This document shows, piece by piece, positions 55,236-64,000 of a stretch of 64,000 nt of DNA. How positions within the stretch are numbered: position 1 is the first letter of the stretch; every line of letters starts with the position of its first letter. This DNA is from Histomonas meleagridis 2922-C6/04-290x. Taxonomy: Eukaryota; Protista; Parabasalia. The notes under the pieces are model-generated. The model had not been told where the DNA came from. It made no database searches and was given only the letters and a program-made list of their open reading frames with translations. The position numbers and the translations under genes are program-made. The stretch is from NCBI GenBank assembly GCA_020184695.1, contig JAANOX010000280.1:248001-312000 (forward strand). The letters are read 5' to 3'.

Positions 55236-56789
55236 TTATAAATCACTTGACATACTTGACATACTACTAATTTGTGTCCAAGAGTATTGAAGCTTATCAG
55301 GTATGCCTTCATGTGGCGTGTTACTGCAAACCTCTTCTTCAGAAAACACTAACGGTTTCACATCGTCGTATGTTGGACTTGGGGCACCCTCCCATATCAA
55401 ATGGAGCACCCTTCTGAGCGACGTCACTTTTGCGTCAATTGCACCATAACATTCTTTGTTTTGCTGTAACAAGTCATATCTTGCAGCAGAAGCATATTTA
55501 GGTGACCCCTCTTGTTCAGCCAAGTTTAAGTCGTTCAATCTCATTAAGTTCTTCAATTCTTCATATGTATTAAATCCGTGGAATTTCTCAAATATTTTAT
55601 ATCTGATCGACTCATCACTGGAATACATTTTAGGATCGATAGCTGCTAAGTCTGGGTAACCTGCGTGGATATATATATCTTCGATATGAGGTATATCAGC
55701 AGATACAAAATAATAATTAGTATTCATAACATAAGAGAAATCTCTTATTTTGACCTCTTTTGGGATCTCGTCCAAAACGTATAAGAAGTTTTCATGAAAA
55801 CTTTCTTTGTACTTAAATTGCTTAAGATCGACAACAACATGCTCAAGACCTTCTAACGTTAGCACATTGGTATTGTAACTGTTGCACCACATAGAAGCCG
55901 ACTGTGATGACTTAGTAGCGCCATAACTTCGGAGCCATGTTGGAAGATATTCATATAATGGATTAATGTGAATGGCATCATTGATGGCAATGGAAGATGT
56001 CATGTGAACAAGACCTGCATCAGTAATTTCGAAGTTATCGGATGAATGAAGCATAAACGGATAACTTGAAAAAGTGTACCGTTCAACTGGAGCCTTGTGG
56101 AATTTGACTTTGAAGCGCTTGGCAATACGTTGTGAATAGCCATATGGCTTCCATGAGTTGTGGCCAAAAAAGATATCTTGGAAATTACCAGAATGGGAAA
56201 TAAAACATGTGCCTTGTGAATATAACTCACCTGTGAATTTGGAAACGCCGTACCTACGAGCAAGATTGAATATTGACTCGTGATTGAGATATAGCCATAA
56301 TTCATTTTCTGTTAAGTTGCCGTAATTGTCATAACTATATCCTTCAATAAGACCTCTAAATTGAGACATACCTATTAGGCAACTGGAAGTGAAGTTATCA
56401 TAGTTTTCACCTCGACTTTTTAAATAAGTATTAACTTCTTCATAATTCATTTTGAAAAAATCTGTGATCTCTGTTGGGAGGTTCCCTTGGTCATCACAGG
56501 TAACATACTTCTGACAAAGAGTGTTCATGACATTATTATAATGATTCTTGAAAAGTGAACGAGTAAGATACCCTTCAACAAACCCAATTGCACGTCCTTC
56601 AATTTTATAGTCATCGTGAGCTGGGGCTTCAATTTGTAAGTGTGTCCAGCCATCACCTTTGCCATTATCAAGAATACCACGAGCTACAGCATGCTCATCG
56701 TACATATTCTCCATGACCATGAATTTATCTGTTTGGGTGTTGTAATATACTGAAGCCATTAATGAAAGAAGAAACAAAGGATACATCAT
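55236..56789 (-). CDS. Phospholipase B-like (PLBD, Ntn-hydrolase fold) secreted/lysosomal protein
   Basis: Signal-like N-terminus; GWTHLQIE, AIGFVEGYLT, GHNSW, FSSYP..SSDNF, GAIDAKVTS. Confidence 0.8.
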   Translation of the reverse strand: MMYPLFLLSLMASVYYNTQTDKFMVMENMYDEHAVARGILDNGKGDGWTHLQIEAPAHDDYKIEGRAIGFVEGYLTRSLFKNHYNNVMNTLCQKYVTCDDQGNLPTEITDFFKMNYEEVNTYLKSRGENYDNFTSSCLIGMSQFRGLIEGYSYDNYGNLTENELWLYLNHESIFNLARRYGVSKFTGELYSQGTCFISHSGNFQDIFFGHNSWKPYGYSQRIAKRFKVKFHKAPVERYTFSSYPFMLHSSDNFEITDAGLVHMTSSIAINDAIHINPLYEYLPTWLRSYGATKSSQSASMWCNSYNTNVLTLEGLEHVVVDLKQFKYKESFHENFLYVLDEIPKEVKIRDFSYVMNTNYYFVSADIPHIEDIYIHAGYPDLAAIDPKMYSSDESIRYKIFEKFHGFNTYEELKNLMRLNDLNLAEQEGSPKYASAARYDLLQQNKECYGAIDAKVTSLRRVLHLIWEGAPSPTYDDVKPLVFSEEEVCSNTPHEGIPDKLQYSWTQISSMSSMSSDL

Positions 56790-57845
56790 GAAGGATAAGT
56801 GATGAGAAAACGTTAATTGACGGGGCACCCTGCGGTTAAACAGCGTATTTTAGTTCACATGACGCTGACACTTTTGACTTAAAAATCATCTTGAGTAAAA
56901 AATTATGAATATTCATAATATTATTCGATTACAATATGTAAAAATCATAATTTAAAGGCAACTAAATTTTTCATGATCGGTTATGCCTAGAGTGTCATTC
57001 ATGAAATCGTTGGTTATTTCATAAATGCAACTACAAATTTTATTTCATTTTTATTAAAACATTAACTATAAGTTTTAGATCAGAACTAGCTTGTGAAATT
57101 ATGTCATTATCATACTATCCACTGATATATATGTATTTAATTTGTTATCTAGTTTAATATTTCTTAGATCTTATTTATTCGTTTAATACATCTTGTTTAT
57201 CCAGCTGAAAGTTAATGTGCTTCAATTAATTGTTATTTGTGCGTTTAGTTGCTTGTATTAAAAAAGTTTTGCATGTGTTAATTCTGCATTCAAATGATGA
57301 AAATGATACTGTTCTTTAATAAAAGTCCTTAATAAGCACAAATTTGCGAATGTGCAATAAACAAAAATTAATCAACAGATTTCAAAGTTTATGAATTTTA
57401 TATTCATGAAATTTTTATGGGCATAAAATGGCATATTTGTTTATACAAATTTATCATTCTATTTTCATGGGTGGAATTTGGTATTGGATAAAAAAATATT
57501 TTTCTTTCTGAGAAGAAAGTAGCCAATATTTCAATGCATGCGACCGTTTTTGCCTATTGGAATCCATTAAAAAAATTTGTATATATTATAAAAAATTAAC
57601 TATTCAATTATTTTTAAATATGAAATATTTTTTTCTACAACAAATAACTATTAATTTATAATTTTTCAATTGAACTAGATATCTTTTTGATTGTCAGCTA
57701 TACATACAAATTTAAATTATATTTCATAAATAAATTTGTAACACTGTTTGCCTGCAAACAGTTTGAAGTTTGGAAAATATTCAAAATTCTATCGTTTACA
57801 TGACAACATTTTGAAACAACTTAAAATTACCCAAGTGCACTAAGA

Positions 57846-58655
57846 ATGTGTTGCGATGATTGCGAACAATGCGTATTAATTACTGTACTTGTCCAAACCA
57901 TAATTGTAGCCATCGGAAGCCTCATTATGACAATATATGGTGGTGTTCTTTGGGCCCAAAATGTGGATGGATCTGATCAAGTTTTCGCTTTTTTGGTTTC
58001 ACTTCCTTTGACTCCATCTGTTGAAAGACCACGTGACATCTACTTCGTTTCAAACCAAACAAATCAATCCATTTCAATTCAAAATAACTTTTCTATTATG
58101 ATGCCAACCATTACCGATAGCAGATTATTTAGTTTTTACCTAGTGCACAATATGTTTGGATATCATTTGAACATTACGCTTCATGGTGCAGCTGAATATG
58201 AATATGAGCTCGATTTCAATACAGATTCAGATAATCTTTCTACTGTTGAATATAAAACCATCACTGAGTGTGAAGTCAGCACCCGAAACATTCAGACTTA
58301 TGAAGATTATACCAAAATTTGGTGTCCATCTTCATCATATATAAGTGAGTATTATGGTATCAACGAAAGATGTAAAACTGGTTCATATCCAATGAAAATG
58401 GATGGAAAGTACACTTTAAGCAGAGTAGGAAGTGGGTTAATATCGACTTCTCAAGCATATCTTAATTTTGTCAATTCGACATTTATACCAAATAATTACG
58501 TTGACATGCCACAGGTCTTTTTTGGAGCAACAACTTCCCAAGGAACATCAAGCAAAGTCGGGAAAATCTTAACCATTGTTGGAATTGTTCTTTTCGTATT
58601 GATGCTAATAGAATTTTTCATCTGGTTTATCGTTTTGATGGTATGTTTGATTTGA
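57846..58655 (+). CDS. Two-TM membrane protein with a Cys-rich N-terminus, unknown function
   Basis: MCCDDCEQC, an N-terminal TM, a lumenal domain with several NxS/T sequons, and a C-terminal TM. Confidence 0.6.
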   Translation: MCCDDCEQCVLITVLVQTIIVAIGSLIMTIYGGVLWAQNVDGSDQVFAFLVSLPLTPSVERPRDIYFVSNQTNQSISIQNNFSIMMPTITDSRLFSFYLVHNMFGYHLNITLHGAAEYEYELDFNTDSDNLSTVEYKTITECEVSTRNIQTYEDYTKIWCPSSSYISEYYGINERCKTGSYPMKMDGKYTLSRVGSGLISTSQAYLNFVNSTFIPNNYVDMPQVFFGATTSQGTSSKVGKILTIVGIVLFVLMLIEFFIWFIVLMVCLI

Positions 58656-59171
58656 TCATCTTGAACATCAATATCATAAATATATTTAATTATTTTATTG
58701 CTTTTTAAATGTATTGGGCAATATCGATTTTCAAAACAATTTCTGATTGATTTTTTCTTAAAAAAATGTTCCTGTCTTCAAACGATAGGTTCAGGATTTA
58801 AAGTGAACTGAACGTATCGGATTTCGTAAACCATGCAAATAAAACATGTTTTCAATACAAATAATTTTGCCTAAAATATTCTATCGAAAAAAAATGACAT
58901 ATACGATACAACGAAAATTTGAATATGATTACACACAAACAATTTCAAACCGAACACTTACATTTAGATGCATGCCCATATTTACCATTTATGTGATAAA
59001 ACATTGCTAAAAACTTTCAGAAACATGATCACAATGAATATTGATTTAATTGTAATATTAAAAAAAACTGGGCTTGGAAATCATTGATATTTATTTAAAT
59101 TAATATTAATTTAAAACATGTTCTAGATTTTTAGATATCAAAACATTTGTAATATCTATTGCTCTTTCTGT

Positions 59172-61447
59172 TCAAGTAATTTTACCATTTATAGATGCAC
59201 AAATTAAAACTGTTTCGAATGATTTAAAAAAATTCCAAATATTATTTTATAATATCAAATTATTAATATTAATATTAAATAAAACAAATAAATATCATTA
59301 GCATTAATATCAATTCCTTCTTGTTCAAGAAGTAATTTAACTATTTCTGTGTAACCATTTGAAGATGCAACCATAAGTGCTGTTTGAAATAATTTAAATA
59401 ATTTCCAAATATTATTTTGAAATATCAAATTTTGGATGAAAAATTCAAACAAAACGAATAAATATCTTGATAATTAATATCAATTTCTTTATGTTTAAGA
59501 AGAGCATTTACTGTTTCTATATGTCCATTTTGGGATGCCAACATGAGTGCCGTAAGAAAAAGTTTGAATGATTTCCATGTATTATTTTGAAATTTTAAAA
59601 TATTTGTATAATTATTTTTAGAATTAACTTTTATTCCTTTTTGCGAAAGAAGTAATTTAACTATATCAATGTAACCATAATAAGATGCAAATTTAAGTGC
59701 TGTGCCAAATATTTCTCATAATTCCTAACAATTTATATGAAATATTATCAAATTATTATTATAAATATCTTCTTTATTAACTTTAATTCCTTTTTGTTCT
59801 AGAAGTAATTTTACAATTTTTATACAACCATATCTTGAAGCAAACATAAGTGCTGTATAAAATAATTGAAATAATTTCCAAATGTTACTTTAAAACATCG
59901 AAATATAAAAATAAAAATTCAATAAAACAAATGAATATCTTGAGCATTAATGTCAATGCCTTCTTGTTCAAGAAGCAATTTAACTATTTTTGCGTGATTA
60001 TAGTGAGATGCACACATAAGTGCTGTATCAAATAATTTGATCAATTTTCAAAAATATTTTTGAAATATAAAACTATTAAAATAAACGAAAAATAATACAA
60101 TGTGAACATCTTTAACATTAACATTTATTCCTTTTTGCTTGAGAAGTAATTTAACTATTTCTGTATGACCATTTTTAGATGCATATATAAGTGCTGTTTT
60201 AAATATTTTAAAAAATTCCCAAATATTATTTTGAAATATTCCTAAATTAATCAAATAAATTTCAAATAAAACAAACAAAAATTTATATCATTAACATCAA
60301 CATATTTTTGTCTTAATATATATTTTACAAGTTCAATATTTCCTGATTTTGCTGGGAAATAAAATTCATAAAATAAATTTTTGTTATAAAAATATTTGGA
60401 AAGAAAAATATTTCCAATTTTTTCTGATACAACTAAAAAATCAGAATAATTTTCCAATCCTACTCCATGTAAATAATCAAAAATTTCGCGATTATGATAT
60501 AAAATACATTTAACTCCTAATTTTTTCAAATTGTTGATTTTTTCGAGTTTGTTTTCGAAAATATATTTTAAGATATCGTTTTGATGAAACATAATTGCTG
60601 TTTTATATGCACCTTTAAATGTCGAATGATTTTGTTCACATAAATGAATTATCTCAAGATTACCACTTGCGACTGCATATTTACCTGCACTATTTATGTT
60701 TGCATTATTCAAAAGTAAATATTTAAAACATTTAATTGATCCAAAAAATGCTGAATAATCAATTAATGGAATATATGCCCTATTAATAAATGAGCATTTT
60801 TCATAAATCGATGATTCAATCACTTGGTTAAAATCAAAATCACTTTGAGATGAAAATTTTTGAAGTTTTTCGATTTCATCATATCGAAATATCTTTGCAA
60901 TCTCATTTGGATTTATTCCTTCTTTAATTAATTTCTTATGAAGTTCCCAATCATTCTTTGAAAGTTCTTCAATATTTTTAGAAAATGGACTCAAAATATA
61001 ATCATTGTAAGTACTACATATGTTTTCTTCTTTCGTTTTGTAATGTCCAAAATATGCATATTTTAAAGTTTTTACTGATTTTGATTTGATTAAATTTTGT
61101 TCAATCATTTTTTCTAGAAGATAAAACGATTCGTTTGTATGTGTATTAAGAAGAAACCTCTTAAAAACTTTTAATATTTTGGGTTTGGATTTATTTGTAT
61201 CTTCATATTTTTGTATTTTTAAAATGAATTCTAAACATATATCAGAATCGTTTTTTTGAATAACAAATGATATATATATATCATATGAACAATAAAAATA
61301 TTTAGGGAACACGCAATATTTTCATCAAATATTTGAATTATTGAAGTTACTGATTGTGAAATATTTTCATTCGTAAATTAAAAATTATATCATGAATCAA
61401 ATTAGGAATTCTCAACTCATTTGAGCTGGGATTTGGATTTGTCTTTT
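59172..61447 (-). pseudogene. DUF3447-like/ankyrin gene 2 with 7 non-canonical inserts; 5' end frameshifted
   Basis: Six 90-nt ankyrin modules (60197-60108, 60026-59937, 59856-59767, 59703-59614, 59553-59464, 59383-59294). The N-terminal homology to genes 1 and 3 needs frameshifts near 61374 and in the (AT)n at 61270-61281, there is no in-frame ATG, and the last repeat is degenerate. Confidence 0.7.
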
Positions 61448-61801
61448 TTATAGTATAAACTTCTTCCCCAGAACGATGTTCAGTGTCTTTAGTTTGTTGG
61501 AGCAAAAAAAAAGGGATGCGAAAATGGCGAATATTAGCTTTACGAACACGAACAATACGACGATGACAAGCGCATGAAACACAATAAAAACATTTTTGGT
61601 ATTTCTTTGGAAATTCATATTTTCGTAGTTCGAGGCATCCATAACATCTTTAACAGAGGAGCCATCAACAATGTTTTTAATCATGAAACGCTTTATGGCT
61701 TTATCACGTGGTACCAAACGTCCGCAGTTCATGCTGTTAACATTTTGTTTACGCCCTGCATTCTTTTTTGAACGGCCATTATTTCTTCTTTTTTTAGGCA
61801 T
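61448..61801 (-). pseudogene. RPS26: 40S ribosomal protein S26 (eS26) copy, frameshifted
   Basis: MPKKRRNNGRSKK..NCGRLVPRDKAIKRF, then a 1-nt deletion at about 61620-61623. The alternate frame gives YEFPKKYQKCFYCVSCACHRRIVRVRK. The first Zn-ligand Cys is Ser (AGC, 61733-61735). Confidence 0.85.
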
Positions 61802-62088
61802 AAATTTTTAGGAACCTTTGGGGAAAATATTTTGCTCAAACAAACCTTTTCAAAAAAAAATTGCACTTATGATTTTACAATATCGATTTATTTTTCTCGA
61901 TTTAGATTAACGTATAAATAGTATTCTGTTTTTAATATTGCCTATATGCAGAGGTGTAAATGGCATTGATATAAACGAAAACATCGCTTATACTGCATTT
62001 CAGTCATCTTAACGTAAATTTTACACTAGAGTAAACCATTGAAGAAAAACATGCCACTTCAAGAAAAGAAATATACATACATCTGTAC

Positions 62089-64000
62089 ATGCAAAGCACA
62101 GAAACACACATCAGTAAGGATGCCAAAGAAATCGGTGATAAAACAGGCGATATTCAAATTTTGCAATCTCTTGAACATATCATTTTTGGCTTGAGTATGA
62201 GTAATATTAAAGAATCAGTAGATTCTTCTTTGAAACATATTAGTGAAGAATTCGTATATTCTTTTAATATTGTTGTTTCTCGAATTATATATTCATTTTT
62301 CATAGTTAAATTTCAAGATGAATTATGTTTTGAATATTTAAGAGAATTAGAACGAAAAGAAAAAGAAATTATAAGCAATTCAAATAACAAAGTAATAAAA
62401 ATTTTTACTGAAATCCTTATTTCACTATCAACTCAAGAATCAAATTATCTTATAAGTAAAATGATCAAAAAAGAAATGATTGAATCAATAGGATTACATA
62501 AACAAAAAAATCTGTATTTTGCACAATATATGTCTAAAAATGATCTAAAAGATTTTAGTTATGATCGCTTTGGAATGCGAATCATTAAAAATTTTGAAGA
62601 ATTATCAAAGAATGATTGGGAACTTCATAAAAAGTTAATTGATGAAGGAGTTAATCCGAATGAAATTGCAAAAATAATACGAAATGATGAAATAGAAAAA
62701 CTTCAAGAAATTTCATCACAAATAAATTTCGATTTTAATCAATATGTTATACCATCACTTTATGAAAGATGTTCTTTTATTAATCAGTATAGTGCTTCAT
62801 TAATCGAATATGCAGCATTTTTTGGAGCAATTAAATGTTTTAAATATTTACTTATGAGTGGAGCAAAAGTGGAAAACGCAGGTAAATATGCAGTTGCAGG
62901 TGGGAATGAAGAAATCATTCATTTATGCGAACAAAATCATTCATCATTTGAAGGCGCATATGAAACAGCAATTGAATTCCATCGAGATGATATCTTTAAA
63001 TATCTTTATGAAAACATAAATTCATTTATTAAAAATAAGGAAAAATTGGGTGAAAAATGTATTTTATGTAACAATTACGAAATTTTATTATTTTTACAAA
63101 AGAATGGAATGAAAATAGATGAATCAATGATAAAAATATCAATTAAACATGGAAATATATTTCTCATCAAATATTTCTTTATATTTCATCAAATTCCAAG
63201 GAAGATCATATTATTTTCTATAAAATTATCAAATGTCGAATTGACAAAATATATTTTAAAGCAAAAAGGAGTTGATATGAATGTAAAAAATATTTGTCTC
63301 TTTAATTTAAAATATATTTTATTGATTTTATTTTTCAAAACTTTGTTTGGAAATGATTTATATTGTTTGAAACAGCACTTATAAAATCATCTAAAAATGG
63401 TAATATAGAAATCGTTAAATTACTTATTGAACAAAAAGAAATTGACATCAATGCTAAAGATATTTCTTTGTATTGTTTAATATTTATTTTAAAAAATTTC
63501 GTGTTTCAAAATATTATATAGAAATACTTTATATTGTTTCGAACAGCACTTATGTATGCATCTGAATATGGAAAAACAGAAATCGTTAAATTACTTCTTG
63601 AACAAGAAGGAATTGAGATCAATGCTAAAGATATTTATTTATTTTATTTAGATTATATTTAAATAATATGATACTTCAAAATAATATTTAGAAATTATTT
63701 AAATTATTTGAAACAGCACTTATAAAATCATCTAGAAATGGGAATACAGATATTGCTAAATTACTTCTTGAACATAAAGATATTGATATTAATGCTAAAG
63801 ATATATATTTTTTTTATTTTGGTGATTTTTCATTAATTTGAGATATCAAAATAATATTTGGAAATCATTTAAATTATTTAGAACATCTCTTATTTGGGCA
63901 ACTTTAAGAGGTCATTTGGAAATAGTTAAATTGTTTCTTGAGCAAAAAGGAATTGATATTAATGCTAAAGATATTTATTCATTTTATTTAATACATGTTT
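62089..64000 (+). CDS. DUF3447-like/ankyrin gene 3, split by non-canonical inserts, runs off the window end
   Basis: Exon 1 is 62089-63291. 90-nt ankyrin modules at 63372-63461, 63543-63632, 63713-63802 and 63883-63972. Inserts are 80, 81, 80 and 80 nt, plus a fifth truncated one. Confidence 0.7.

Noticed and set aside
1-64000. tRNA, rRNA or snRNA genes and canonical long parabasalid introns
   Set aside because: No tRNA T-arm/D-arm pattern, rRNA sequence or ACTAAC...AG intron end in a coding context was found by eye; a tRNAscan/Infernal run would be needed to exclude them fully.

Overview
AT-rich, gene-dense eukaryotic DNA that looks like a parabasalid (Trichomonas/Tritrichomonas-like). Evidence: Inr-type TCA starts, recurring AAAGTGAC, RCSGTT and CCTTT promoter motifs, an initiator-binding-domain protein, a BspA-like LRR protein, DUF3447-type ankyrin genes and almost no canonical introns. 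The species cannot be determined from sequence alone. Housekeeping genes include PSMA2, RPS14, RPL37A, RPS17, RPL39 (missed by the ORF track), EFHC1/Rib72, RRP40, TTC27, a PP2A-family phosphatase, an exportin, a DOCK-like GEF, a MyTH4-RhoGAP, a large USP and fructosamine kinase. An accessory island at about 7.5-13.4 kb holds a TA-flanked 1280-bp mariner with an unusual DD31D triad, a decayed stand-alone tyrosine recombinase (Crypton/DIRS-type) and an ankyrin gene. The main discovery candidate is in the three ankyrin-repeat genes. Every ankyrin repeat is an open 87/90-nt module, interrupted at the same position (after NAKD, before TAL) by an AT-rich insert. The 16 complete inserts are about 80 nt or exact multiples of 20 nt, and 15 of them break the frame or contain stops. 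They have no shared GT-AG ends and no ACTAAC branch site, and in genes 2 and 3 they carry a central hairpin with covariation. They look like a class of non-canonical introns or other removed intervening sequences. Removal is an inference and needs RNA or protein evidence.
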